A DNA stretch of 64,000 bases. Origin: Dehalococcoidia bacterium. GTDB taxonomy: Bacteria > Chloroflexota > Dehalococcoidia > Plut-88900. Below are positions 38,128-48,155 of this stretch, piece by piece (position 1 is the first letter of the stretch; every line of letters starts with the position of its first letter). The notes under the pieces are model-generated. The model did not search any database. It was not told where the DNA came from and saw nothing but the letters and a program-made list of their open reading frames with translations. The translations under genes were made by a program, and so were the position numbers. The DNA lies in the NCBI GenBank assembly GCA_965249275.1, contig CBDFLQ010000005.1:1-64000 (forward strand). The letters are read 5' to 3'.

Positions 38128-40875
38128 CTAGGGCCGGAGCACGGAGCTCATCGCCCGAGGCCCCTTCCTCACCCTTCTTGGCGAGGACTTGGGCTCGACG
38201 CGGACGGCGCAGACCTTGTACTCAGGTATCTTCGCCGAGGGATCGAAGGCCCGGTTGGTCAGGAAGTTCGCCGCCGAGTCCCGGAGCTTCACGAAGGGCA
38301 CGAATATCTCGCCTTCCCGCACAGCCTCCGTCAACGCGGCCCGACCCTCCAACTCACCCCTCCTCGACTCCACCCGCACCTCTTCCCCATCTCCGATCCC
38401 CACTCTTTTGGCGTCCCTGGGATGGATGGATATCTCAAGGTCCGGGGCCCGGGCCATCAGCCCCTCCACCCGCCGGGTCATGGTGCCGCCGTGCCAGTGG
38501 TACAGCATCCTGCCGGTGTTGAGGATCAACGGGAACCTGCGATTGGGCATCTCAGCGGCGGGCGCCGTCTGCTCCACGGGCACGAACTTGCCGAGACCCC
38601 TCGGGAAGCTCTCCTCGTAGAGGATTGGGGTGCCGGGGTGGTCGGGGGTGGGGCAGGGCCACTGGATGCCGCCCTCGGCGTCCAGCCTCTCGTACGTTAT
38701 GCCCGAAATTATCGGCGTGAGGGCGGCCATCTCTTCAAATATTTCTTTCGGGTGGCCGAAGTCGAACTGCCCCTCGTCGAGACCCAGGCGCCGGTACACC
38801 CGACGGGCGAGATCACATGTGATATCCCAGTCGGGCCTGCTCTGCCCGACCGGCTCGATGGCCTTGCGCACCCGCTGGACCCGACGCTCGCTGTTGGTGA
38901 AGGTGCCGTCCTTCTCGGCGAAGCTGGTTGCGGGTAGCACCACGTCGGCTATCTCTGCCGTCTCATGCAGGAAGATGTCCTGAACGACGAGGAATTTAAG
39001 GTTCTCCATGGCCTCGCGGGCGTGGCGCAGGTCGGGCTCGCTGAGAAGGGGGTTCTCCCCAACAACGTACATCGCCTTCAGGCGACCCTCCTCGGCCTCT
39101 TTCATCATGTCCGTGACCACCATCCCCTCCTCTTCGGGAATGCGTCCACCCCAGGCCCGAGCGAATTTCTCCAGCGACTCGCCGTCGAAGTTCTGATAAC
39201 CGGGTAGGTTGCTGGGTATACAGCCAGCGTCGCCGCAGCCCTGGACGTTGTTCTGGCCCCGCAGCGGCGAGATGCCGTTCCCGGGCTTGCCCATCTGCCC
39301 CGACACCAGCGCCAGGTTCAGCACGGCGTGACAGTTTGCGGTGCCGTTGGTGTGCTGGGTGAGCCCCATGCCCCAGACAAAACACGAGCCGCTGAAGGGA
39401 GGACTGGCGTAGATACGCGCCGCTTCTATCATCTGCTCTTTCGGCACGCCTGTTATCGACTCGACGAAGTCGGGGGTGTACTTGTCAAGCGACGCCTTCC
39501 ACTCCTCGAAGCCCTCCGTCCGTTCGGCTACAAAATGCTCGTCCGATAACCCCTCGTCGAGGATCACCTTTGCCATGCCGTTGAAGAGCGCAACGTCGGT
39601 GCCGGGGCGCTCCCGGAGCCACAGGTAGGCGTAGTCACAGAGGTCGATGCGCTTGGGGTTGATGACGATGAGCTTGGCGCCGTACAGGTCGACGGCCTTG
39701 CGGAAGCGTGTCGCGGCCACGGGGTGGTTGGAGCTCGGGTCACAACCGGCGATGATCAGGCAGCCCGCCTTCTCATAATCAAGATATGAGTTGCTGGTCG
39801 CCCCGCTCCCGAGAGACCTCAGCATTGCCTCCACCGACGGCGAGTGGCACAGCCGAGTGCAGTGGTCGATGCTGTTGGTGCCCATCGCCATGCGCATGAA
39901 CTTCTGGAGAATGTAGCCGTCCTCGTTGGTCGCCTTGGCTGAGGCGAGTGCCGCGGTTGCCCCCCGGTGCTCGACCAGCTTGTCGGCGGTCAGGTCCAGG
40001 GCCTCGTCCCATGACGCGGGCGCGAGCTTGCCGTTCTTACGTATGAGGGGCGTGGTCAGCCGGTCGCCGTGATTGACGAAGGTCACCCCGAACCGGCCCT
40101 TGACGCACAGCTTGCCGAGGCTCGACTGGTTGTTGGGGTCATCGTCCACCCACAGGACCTTGTCATTCTGGTCGGTGTTCAGAACAATCCCGCACCCGAC
40201 CCCACAGTAGGGGCACACCGTGGAGGTCTGCTTGACAGCGTTGGCGGGACTCAGCTTCGGCTCTATCGCCCCGGTCGGGCAGGCCGCGACGCACGAGCCG
40301 CAGGACGTGCATATCGACTCGGCGATGGGCTCATCACCGTACGTTCCTATGAACGCATCCTGCCCCCTGCCCAGGATGGCGATAGCCCCGATCTCCTGCA
40401 GGCTCTGGCACGCCTCGACGCAGCGGCCGCACATGATGCAATCGTCCATCTCCACCGAGAAGAAGGGGTTGCTGACGTCGGTGTGGTCACGGGCACGGGT
40501 CTCGTAGCCGGTTGAAAGCAAGTCGTGATACTGGGAGGCAGTTTTGAGCTCCTTGTGCTCGGCGAGGGGTTGGCCGGGGGTCTCGGTGGGGAGCATTCCG
40601 AGGGTCAGGTCGAGGATGCCCTGGCGGATGCGCCGGACCTCGGGGCTGTTGGTGTGCACGACCATGCCCTCGGAGACGGGGGTGTGGCACGAGGCCGGGA
40701 ACCCGCGTCGGCCCTCGACCTGCACAAGGCACGTCCGGCACGCCCCAATGGCCGGCATGCCCGGGTCCTTGCACAGCTGGGGCACATACACCCCGGCGGC
40801 GTTTATCACCTCCAGGATGGAGTTTCCCTCCCGTGCCTCGACGGGTATCCCGTCTATTGTGAGGTTTATGGTCAT
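38128..40875 (-). CDS. fdhF: Formate dehydrogenase alpha subunit (Mo/W-bisPGD, Cys ligand)
   Basis: N-terminal 2Fe-2S and two 4Fe-4S motifs, CPYCGVGC, IDHCTRLCH, PLRGQNNVQG, IPEYKVCAV. Confidence 0.93.
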   Translation of the reverse strand: MTINLTIDGIPVEAREGNSILEVINAAGVYVPQLCKDPGMPAIGACRTCLVQVEGRRGFPASCHTPVSEGMVVHTNSPEVRRIRQGILDLTLGMLPTETPGQPLAEHKELKTASQYHDLLSTGYETRARDHTDVSNPFFSVEMDDCIMCGRCVEACQSLQEIGAIAILGRGQDAFIGTYGDEPIAESICTSCGSCVAACPTGAIEPKLSPANAVKQTSTVCPYCGVGCGIVLNTDQNDKVLWVDDDPNNQSSLGKLCVKGRFGVTFVNHGDRLTTPLIRKNGKLAPASWDEALDLTADKLVEHRGATAALASAKATNEDGYILQKFMRMAMGTNSIDHCTRLCHSPSVEAMLRSLGSGATSNSYLDYEKAGCLIIAGCDPSSNHPVAATRFRKAVDLYGAKLIVINPKRIDLCDYAYLWLRERPGTDVALFNGMAKVILDEGLSDEHFVAERTEGFEEWKASLDKYTPDFVESITGVPKEQMIEAARIYASPPFSGSCFVWGMGLTQHTNGTANCHAVLNLALVSGQMGKPGNGISPLRGQNNVQGCGDAGCIPSNLPGYQNFDGESLEKFARAWGGRIPEEEGMVVTDMMKEAEEGRLKAMYVVGENPLLSEPDLRHAREAMENLKFLVVQDIFLHETAEIADVVLPATSFAEKDGTFTNSERRVQRVRKAIEPVGQSRPDWDITCDLARRVYRRLGLDEGQFDFGHPKEIFEEMAALTPIISGITYERLDAEGGIQWPCPTPDHPGTPILYEESFPRGLGKFVPVEQTAPAAEMPNRRFPLILNTGRMLYHWHGGTMTRRVEGLMARAPDLEISIHPRDAKRVGIGDGEEVRVESRRGELEGRAALTEAVREGEIFVPFVKLRDSAANFLTNRAFDPSAKIPEYKVCAVRVEPKSSPRRVRKGPRAMSSVLRP

Positions 40876-40908
40876 GGTCTTACCTAGAAGTCTCCGGATT
40901 GACACATA

Positions 40909-41652
40909 TCAGACTGTACGAGCAGATTCCGCTGCTACATGTCCTGCCAGCTTCGACACGAAGGCCCGCAACCCTGTCGAAGGACTGAGTTCCTGATACG
41001 CCCCTGTCTTTGAAGCGCTACGGGGTGACAGTATAAGGGTTGCCGCCGAATATATTTGTTCCAAAACCAATTTCTGACAAAGCAAATGGTAACGTTCGAC
41101 ATAAGAAGCGCTTTGAAATTCGGGGAATACGGGATAATGAGGCGACGCTTCTTTAACAGGTGCTCGGGACCCGGGGGCATCTTCTAAGAGCATCAAGAAT
41201 CCAACAAATGGGAGTGACGCTCCTTCACCGAACGCCCCTTCTCGAAAAGCCTTCCATAAGTCTACGGCATTACCTATAGCTTCCTCCACTCGATTATTTG
41301 CATTGTTACCGAAAGAAGGACCTACCTGAGATTTGAACTCTATTACTGCAACCAAGTGCCCTTCATTGAGGACCAGTAGATCCCACTGCTTGGTAGGGCG
41401 AAAATATCCAGGCAAAGTCAACAGCCGCCGACCACGCATAATTGTGGCGTCTTTAAGGCCATTAGCTTCTACTAAGCGAGTAACCAGAGATGCAAAACCG
41501 TCCATATTCTTTCCGGCAGTAACGCTGGAACGTTCACCCTGATCCGATATCCCGCCTCGTTGTTGTTTTTGCCTTGCGATATCTCGGCTTTTCCAGAACG
41601 CCCTTACAGCTTGCCGAGCTTGCTGTTCGTAACCCTTAAGCCTTAGAGCCAT
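40909..41652 (-). CDS. PaeR7I/XhoI-family type II restriction endonuclease
   Basis: [51 protein letters not shown]. Confidence 0.88.
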   Translation of the reverse strand: MALRLKGYEQQARQAVRAFWKSRDIARQKQQRGGISDQGERSSVTAGKNMDGFASLVTRLVEANGLKDATIMRGRRLLTLPGYFRPTKQWDLLVLNEGHLVAVIEFKSQVGPSFGNNANNRVEEAIGNAVDLWKAFREGAFGEGASLPFVGFLMLLEDAPGSRAPVKEASPHYPVFPEFQSASYVERYHLLCQKLVLEQIYSAATLILSPRSASKTGAYQELSPSTGLRAFVSKLAGHVAAESARTV

Positions 41653-41723
41653 CTCGCCTAATCACCCTAATCGTCGTCTTTAAGCAAAGTGATGACCAAA
41701 ACAGAGTTGCCGCTCAAAATCAT

Positions 41724-42728
41724 CTAGTTAGCTTGCATCACCCTTGCAAGTGGGAGATGTGTTGCAAGACGGAATCTTGCACCTTCCAAGAACTGGGGTT
41801 CAATGTCTATGCCCAGGCCGTGACGACCCCATGAGCCAGCTGCCAACAAGGTAGTGCCAGTCCCGCAAAAGGGGTCCAACACCGTGTCTCCAACGAACGA
41901 AAACATGCGTACAAGGCGTTCCGCCAGTTCGAGTGGGAAGGGAGCCGGATGGTACTTCAGAGACTCGCCGCGTATATTCCAGATAGACTGGAACCATTGG
42001 TGATGGCGATGCTCAGGTATAATAGATAGCACTCTTTGGGCATTCGTGGGCGAACGATAAGCTCGGGCCCCCTTCTGCCCCGGTTTCCGCTGTTGCAAGA
42101 TGAATTCGATATCGTTCTTGATTATCGCATTGGGTTCGTACGGCTTGCCTAAAAATCCGCCACGGCCTTCTGATTCATAAGACGCGTTAGCCGTCTTGTG
42201 CCATATTATCGGTGTCAGGTTGTCAAACCCCATCTTTCGACAGCTCTCCTGTATGCTTGCATGTAGCGGCATGGTTACGTGGCGACCGTAGACTCTCCGC
42301 TTTAGACTGACGTCTCCCACCACTATCACGAGACGACCCCCGTCAACTAACACACGGTGGCTTTCTATCCATACTTGGGATAGATTTTCTACAAATTCAT
42401 CGTAATCATCTACGTGGCCTAGCTGTCCCTCCCGTATTGGATATTTTTTTAGGATCCAATAGGGTGGGGAGGTAACTATCAGATGGACGCTCGCATCCGG
42501 TACAGTCGACAATAATCCTCTCGCGTCTCCGAGTAGCAAGGACTGTGTAGTTGGAATGCGACGCACGTGGTCTTCTATTTCATCTGACAACTCTTTTGAT
42601 TTGGCAATACGGGGGAAAAACGTTTGCGTGGAAGTAACGTTACAAAGTGAAGCCGGGAGGAAGTCGTTCAAGGTTTCCACCCAATTCGGGTCGGCTGTTA
42701 CGACAGTTTGAGGCACCCGGTATTCCAC
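41724..42728 (-). CDS. DNA N4/N6-methyltransferase, beta class
   Basis: VTSPPYW, HPAPFP, VLDPFCGTGTT. Confidence 0.92.
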   Translation of the reverse strand: MEYRVPQTVVTADPNWVETLNDFLPASLCNVTSTQTFFPRIAKSKELSDEIEDHVRRIPTTQSLLLGDARGLLSTVPDASVHLIVTSPPYWILKKYPIREGQLGHVDDYDEFVENLSQVWIESHRVLVDGGRLVIVVGDVSLKRRVYGRHVTMPLHASIQESCRKMGFDNLTPIIWHKTANASYESEGRGGFLGKPYEPNAIIKNDIEFILQQRKPGQKGARAYRSPTNAQRVLSIIPEHRHHQWFQSIWNIRGESLKYHPAPFPLELAERLVRMFSFVGDTVLDPFCGTGTTLLAAGSWGRHGLGIDIEPQFLEGARFRLATHLPLARVMQAN

Positions 42729-42734
42729 TCTACT

Positions 42735-44345
42735 TCAACCCCTCCCCACCCCCACCGCCTCCTCAAATGCCTCTTTGAAATGCGCCAGACCCGACCGCAC
42801 GGGGCCCGGGGCCATCTGCCCGAGACCGCACAGTGACCCGAAGCCTACCACGTCGTTCAGATAGGCCAGCTTCTCCAGCCCCGACCTCCCCTCCTCGCCC
42901 CGTTGCACTGCACCCAGCACGTCCAGCATCCGCTTTGTCCCCTCGCGGCAGGGTGTACACTTGGAGCACGACTCCGCAGCATTGTAAGCCGTCAGCCGCC
43001 TCACTACCTCCACCGGCGACACACTGGTGTCCAGCACCGTTATCCCCCCCGACCCCAGGACCGCACCCTCGGGGTCCAGCATGCCGGGGCCGATGGGCAC
43101 GTCCAGCATCGACTCATTGAGCAGCCCGCCCGAAGGACCTCCCGCCACCACGCCGATGACTTCGCAGCCATCCGGCGGCCCACCCCCGATGTCGAACACG
43201 ATCTCCCTGACGGTGGCGCCCATTGGCACTTCCACGAGTCCCGGCCTCCGCACCCGGCCGCTCAACGATATGAGTTTGGTCCCCGGCGAGGGCTCGGCGC
43301 CTACGTCGGAAAGCAGCATCGGGAGGTTGCATAGGGTCTCGACGTTGTTTATCACCGTCGGCTTGCCCCAAAGCCCCGACTCCACCGGGAACGGCGGCCT
43401 TGTCCGGGGCACGTTTCGCTGACCCTCAATGCTGTTCATCAGCGCGCTCTCTTCACCGAGTATGTATCCCCCGCCACCCCGCCGCACCTCGATGTCCAGG
43501 TTGAAGTCGCTGCCCAGTACGCCATCTCCGGCCAAGCCCATGTTTCGGGCCTTCTCCAAAGCGTTCTCGATCCGCCCCGCAGCCGCATTGGCCTCGCCGT
43601 TGACGTAAAGGTAAGTCTTTTCCGCACCTATCGCGTAGGCAGCTATTGCCAGCCCTTCCAAGAGCAGGAACGGAGAGCCTTCCATCACGTGCCGGTCTTT
43701 GTATATGCCCGGCTCACCCTCCTCGGCGTTGACTATCAGGTACCGGGGCCCGGGCCCTGCCGCCCGCGCTCCCTGCCACTTGCGCCCTGCCGGGAAATAA
43801 GCGCCACCCCTGCCACGAAGATCGGCCCTCACGACCTCTTCGACGACCTGCTCGGGGCTCATGGAGTGAAGGACTTCGTTAAGGGTAGCGTAGCCGCCTC
43901 GGGCCACATAATCATCGATGTTGCCGGGCTCTATCGCCCCGACATGCTCTATTACCCGCCGCTCCTGACCCTTCCAGAAACCGGGCAGGTCATCGGTTGG
44001 AGGCCACAGGACGGGTTTTCCCTTCCAAGTCGAAGAGGCGTCGGCCTGGCCCGCCAGCCAGAAGCTAAGGATTGAGTTCACGTCCGCGGGGCCGACGTTG
44101 GTCAGCCGATAGGTGAGCCCCTCAGCCATCTCCACGATGACCACCGGGGCCTCGTGGCACGCGCCGTCGCACCCCGCCCCGCGCACGGGGGTCATCAACC
44201 CCTGCTTGGCGACCGTGGCCTGCAGCAGGGACAGCACCGCCCCCGCCCCGACCGTGCGCGTACAGCCGCCCAGCTGGACCAGGGCCCTGGGAAAGCGGGT
44301 CCTCGCCTCACGGTCGGCGTTCAATTTGAGTTTCGAGTAGCTCAT
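42735..44345 (-). CDS. NuoF-like NAD(P)H/FMN subunit of the formate dehydrogenase complex
   Basis: LRGRGGAYFP, NAEEGEPG..KD, YILGEESAL, ESCSKCTPCREG, SLCGLG. Confidence 0.9.
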   Translation of the reverse strand: MSYSKLKLNADREARTRFPRALVQLGGCTRTVGAGAVLSLLQATVAKQGLMTPVRGAGCDGACHEAPVVIVEMAEGLTYRLTNVGPADVNSILSFWLAGQADASSTWKGKPVLWPPTDDLPGFWKGQERRVIEHVGAIEPGNIDDYVARGGYATLNEVLHSMSPEQVVEEVVRADLRGRGGAYFPAGRKWQGARAAGPGPRYLIVNAEEGEPGIYKDRHVMEGSPFLLLEGLAIAAYAIGAEKTYLYVNGEANAAAGRIENALEKARNMGLAGDGVLGSDFNLDIEVRRGGGGYILGEESALMNSIEGQRNVPRTRPPFPVESGLWGKPTVINNVETLCNLPMLLSDVGAEPSPGTKLISLSGRVRRPGLVEVPMGATVREIVFDIGGGPPDGCEVIGVVAGGPSGGLLNESMLDVPIGPGMLDPEGAVLGSGGITVLDTSVSPVEVVRRLTAYNAAESCSKCTPCREGTKRMLDVLGAVQRGEEGRSGLEKLAYLNDVVGFGSLCGLGQMAPGPVRSGLAHFKEAFEEAVGVGRG

Positions 44346-44815
44346 CGTTGCAATGGGATGTTACGAGGCACGGACTGGAGGCGAGTTACCGCGTCCTCGG
44401 GGGTCAGCTTGCCGAAAGTCCCGCCTTCCAGCTCCATTGTCGGAGCCATGGCACATACGAAGAGGCAGGGCGCCTCCTCCAAGGTCAGCGCACCGTCGTC
44501 GGTCGTCTCCCCGACCCCGATACCAAGCTCACCACTGACCGCATCCAGGACTCGGGTGCCGCCCTGCAGGTAGCAGGCCAGGCCCGTGCAGACTCTCAAC
44601 ACGAAACGTCCCGGCTCCTTGAGCCGTAGCTCCGGGAAGGATGATGCTACGCCATGCACCTCGCTCTTGGGTACCCTAAGGTAGGCCCCGATCTCCTCCA
44701 TGGCCCACGCGGGTATCCAGTGCAGCCCTTCCTGGACGGCGCGCAAAGCCGGCAGCAGGTAGGTCCTGTGTCGCGGAAAGCGGCCGAGTATCTCTTTTGT
44801 CTCTTCCCTGTCCAA
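44342..44815 (-). CDS. NuoE-like 2Fe-2S subunit
   Basis: VCTGLAC...CLFVC..AP. Confidence 0.9.
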   Translation of the reverse strand: MDREETKEILGRFPRHRTYLLPALRAVQEGLHWIPAWAMEEIGAYLRVPKSEVHGVASSFPELRLKEPGRFVLRVCTGLACYLQGGTRVLDAVSGELGIGVGETTDDGALTLEEAPCLFVCAMAPTMELEGGTFGKLTPEDAVTRLQSVPRNIPLQR

Positions 44816-44843
44816 AGCCCCTCCCAGCAGGGAATGGGGCTGA

Positions 44844-46634
44844 TTATACAGGTGTTTCGTTGGGGATGTTCAGGCCGAGCCCACACAGCGATTCTCGAGA
44901 GGGCACACCCACCCCACCCCACCCCCGAGCCCCGTAGTAGCCCACAACCGTCTCTGCGAGACCGGACTCAGTCACCGCTCCGCCCTCGAAAACGCGGAGT
45001 GGAAGGGTGTCGTCGTCCCGCTTCCAGCCCTCTCGAACGTTGAACGCCTTGCGGACCAGGTTTATACGCTCCCCCGCTTTCCTCAAGCCTTCGGCGCCGA
45101 TGTCGTGGCCCGTGGCCAGGTGGTAGACGTGCGCCGCCTCGGGGTAGAAGTCGTTGAGAACCCGACGCACGAACTTTGACAGGACCAGGGAGTCGAGCAC
45201 TGCGGCGAAGTCTTCGGCCTCAGCGACCGCTCGCCCGATCTCCGAGGCATCCGCCCGTTGCGCGGCATCATCACTCAGGTCGAAATCATAGGCCGACGCC
45301 TTGTTGTGGCACGCGCCCCGGGGGCTGACTGCGAGGGCTAGGGCCAAGTGTCTCAGCCGGCCTGGGTGATAACCCGGCATCTCCAGCCCCTTGACGTGCA
45401 TGGCCCATGCCTCGGAGCCGCCGCCTGTGCGAGACGCGGCTGCTCGGCTGCCCTCCGACAAAAGCTCCCCGACACCCTCCTTCCGGCCTATCTGTTCGAT
45501 AACAGCGAGTAGCTCTGGCCCGCTCCCGAAGCGCAGGTCCAGGCCGTTGGTGTCGGCGGCAGTGAGGACGCGCTGTTCGAAGGACTCCATTGCCCAAGCT
45601 ATCGTGCCGCCGGCGCTTATCGTGTCGATCCCCAGCCGGTCACACAGCCCAGCGGCTTGGATCACGACGTCGGGATCATCGATCCCGCACAGTGGCCCGA
45701 AGGCGAAAAGGCTCTCGTATTCCAGCCGAGATTTAGTCCTGCCTCCCTTCGCCGAGTAGACGTGCTCCCACTCCCGTGACATATCCGACCCCGACTCCCG
45801 GCTCCGTCTCTGTTCCAGATTCTCGACGCTCAGGGAATCAGCGCCTTCGAAAGTGTACTGCCGGAAGTTGTAGGCCGGGAGCGCGCCCGCTGCATTCAGC
45901 TTCGCCAGGTTGGCCACGGTGCCCGGGCCCCGGTACTTGGCCGTCGTCCCCGACTGCATGGCCCGATCCAGCTTTGCAATAAGCTCGGCGAGATCCGGGT
46001 TGGGTGGGGTTAAGGCCATGTTTCCTTTGAAAGCGACGGCCTTCAGGTTCTTCGCCCCCATCACCGCGCCTGCGCCCGTCCTACCCGCCTGCCGACCACC
46101 GTTGCTGATACAGGCAAACCTGACCAGAGCCTCGCCCGCCGGGCCTATGGCCGCGACCTTCGCATCGGACTCTCCGAGAAGCAAACTCACCTTCGCTGCC
46201 GTTTCCTCGGCAGACAGGCCAACAAGTGACACGGCATCCAGCACCCTAACCGAGTCATCCTCGATATGCAGGAGACCGGGCCCCGACGCCCTGCCCTTGA
46301 TCACCAGGGCGTCGAATGGCATCCGGGACAGCTCCTCCGCCACCGGCCCCGAGGACAGGGAATCGCCTACAAACCCCGTGAGAGGTGATTTGCACGCCAC
46401 CGCCATCTTCGAAGACCCCGGCACCCCCGCCCCGAGAAACGGGCCTCGGGTGAAGATGAGAGGGTTCTGAGGGGAGAGGGGGTCGACGCCCGGCGGGCAG
46501 TGCTTGAAGAGCAGCCAAGCCCCCAGCCCCGCCCCACCTATAAAGGAGACCTGCTCCTCTGCCGAAAGCGGCTCGAACCTCGACTTACCGCTGGCGAGGT
46601 CGATTACGAAAATTCGGCCATGATAGGCATGCAT
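44844..46634 (-). CDS. Aldehyde:ferredoxin oxidoreductase (AOR) family protein, apparently lacking its 4Fe-4S cysteines
   Basis: KSPLTG, IGPAGE, AGRTGAGAVMGAKNLKA, EYES, CDRLGIDTIS, VKGLEMPGY, RGACH. Confidence 0.88.
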   Translation of the reverse strand: MHAYHGRIFVIDLASGKSRFEPLSAEEQVSFIGGAGLGAWLLFKHCPPGVDPLSPQNPLIFTRGPFLGAGVPGSSKMAVACKSPLTGFVGDSLSSGPVAEELSRMPFDALVIKGRASGPGLLHIEDDSVRVLDAVSLVGLSAEETAAKVSLLLGESDAKVAAIGPAGEALVRFACISNGGRQAGRTGAGAVMGAKNLKAVAFKGNMALTPPNPDLAELIAKLDRAMQSGTTAKYRGPGTVANLAKLNAAGALPAYNFRQYTFEGADSLSVENLEQRRSRESGSDMSREWEHVYSAKGGRTKSRLEYESLFAFGPLCGIDDPDVVIQAAGLCDRLGIDTISAGGTIAWAMESFEQRVLTAADTNGLDLRFGSGPELLAVIEQIGRKEGVGELLSEGSRAAASRTGGGSEAWAMHVKGLEMPGYHPGRLRHLALALAVSPRGACHNKASAYDFDLSDDAAQRADASEIGRAVAEAEDFAAVLDSLVLSKFVRRVLNDFYPEAAHVYHLATGHDIGAEGLRKAGERINLVRKAFNVREGWKRDDDTLPLRVFEGGAVTESGLAETVVGYYGARGWGGVGVPSRESLCGLGLNIPNETPV

Positions 46635-46683
46635 TCAGGTTACTCTCGCGTGCCGGGCCCCGACGAATCTAGTCGTCGTCTGG

Positions 46684-47307
46684 CTAGGCTTGCGCCTCGA
46701 GGGCCAGGGCCTTGTCAAGGTCTTCCTGGGTGTTGACGTTGAAGAAGCTCAGGTGGTGCGGGTCTATGAGATCGACGTCATCTTCTTCTACGAAGGCGAC
46801 CCTGACCTCTTCGAAGAAAAGGGCGATTTTCAGGTCATTGCGCTTCAGCCGCTGCTCGATTGGCTCAAGGCAGCTCTTCGAATATATGGCGTGGAGGGGC
46901 TCGGGCCTGCCGTTAAGCCTCGGGACCACGACATCATAGTCGGGGGCGATGTCCAGCATGAAACCCAGCAGTTCAGTGTTCAGGAATGGCATGTCGCAGG
47001 CAACCACGATTCCGTAGTCACCCTTTGCCGCCGAGAGGCCGGTGAATATGCCGCCGAGGGACCCGCTTCCCGGGTAGATGTCGGCGGCGGTCCTGACCCA
47101 GGGTGGGAGGTCCAGGGCCTCGGCCCTCGACTCCTCGGCGACGACCACAATCGTCTCTGAGCTTACCTGGGAGAGCCTGCCGACCACCCGCTCGATCAGC
47201 GATTCCCCGCCGATCTTCTCGACGGCCTTGTTCCTCCCGAGCCGCCTGCTCATTCCCCCCGCCAACGCCACGCCGCTAACCTTGTCAGTCCGCCTTCCAT
47301 TTAGCAT
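46684..47307 (-). CDS. mobA: Molybdenum cofactor guanylyltransferase
   Basis: LAGGMSRRLGRNKA, GSLGGI, ACDMPF, EPLHAIY, FFNVNT.EDL. Confidence 0.92.
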   Translation of the reverse strand: MLNGRRTDKVSGVALAGGMSRRLGRNKAVEKIGGESLIERVVGRLSQVSSETIVVVAEESRAEALDLPPWVRTAADIYPGSGSLGGIFTGLSAAKGDYGIVVACDMPFLNTELLGFMLDIAPDYDVVVPRLNGRPEPLHAIYSKSCLEPIEQRLKRNDLKIALFFEEVRVAFVEEDDVDLIDPHHLSFFNVNTQEDLDKALALEAQA

Positions 47308-47399
47308 AACGAGGTCATTATAGCGACGGGGAGGGTGTCGAGACAAAGAAGGGCTGAGCGGGGAGCAGAGCTATCACTTAGCTGCTGAGTACACCCACT

Positions 47400-48074
47400 T
47401 TAAACCTGGTTGTCCTCAAGCTTCTCTCTGAGGGGGTTGGCAGAGCTAAACGGATATAGTGAGTCTATAGTATCCAGTTCGTCCAGCATTTGCTTGAATA
47501 CACGCCTAATTATAGGGCTGCACATTTGCAGATTTTCTATAAGCTCAATAACCTTATCATCAACGCGGTGAGTTTTCGCAACTTTCCTGAATTTTGGCTT
47601 CCATGTCACCTCAAGCAGATTACGCAAGTTTTCTTCCGACTTGGCCACTATTTCAACTACATCTACACCGCGCTCTTTCAACTTCTCTATCTTTTGCCGT
47701 TTCGCTGCGTTGGGAGGATGGGAAACGATAACCTCAATGACGCGAATGGGCCTAGGAGAGTCTTCTCCGTATAAAGCTATGTCAGGAATAATACCCCCAA
47801 TGATGTCCCATTCAGGGTCGGGAATCCTAACACTCGTTACTCCTTCTCGCAAGTCGTGGGAAAGATTGCTGCCAGGCGTCAATCTCACTTTGAGCGACTT
47901 GTCATAGGTGAAGCTATTGTTACCTCCGGGCGGGAAAACTCGGTCATGAGTCAGCTCATCATAGAGAACCGCCACAGTTCGCTCGTGCAACCAACTCACG
48001 GGATGTTCGGGTGTGCCCACATTTCGCATAGGATCGGCTTTGGATATCATACCCAAGACTCCTGATGTTTTCAT
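47400..48074 (-). CDS. Hypothetical protein, possible PD-(D/E)xK-like nuclease (lower GC insert)
   Basis: IIPDIALY...IEVIVSH motif. Confidence 0.55.
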   Translation of the reverse strand: MKTSGVLGMISKADPMRNVGTPEHPVSWLHERTVAVLYDELTHDRVFPPGGNNSFTYDKSLKVRLTPGSNLSHDLREGVTSVRIPDPEWDIIGGIIPDIALYGEDSPRPIRVIEVIVSHPPNAAKRQKIEKLKERGVDVVEIVAKSEENLRNLLEVTWKPKFRKVAKTHRVDDKVIELIENLQMCSPIIRRVFKQMLDELDTIDSLYPFSSANPLREKLEDNQV

Positions 48075-48155
48075 TCATACCTAATAAGTTCGAGGGTTGT
48101 TCAACATGATAGCAACTTAATCGATGATAGTTCACTATGCCTCGAGATTTGAGGC

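Noticed and set aside
39840-39880. Selenocysteine in the formate dehydrogenase active site
   Set aside because: The frame reads HCTRLCH with a Cys codon; no in-frame TGA.
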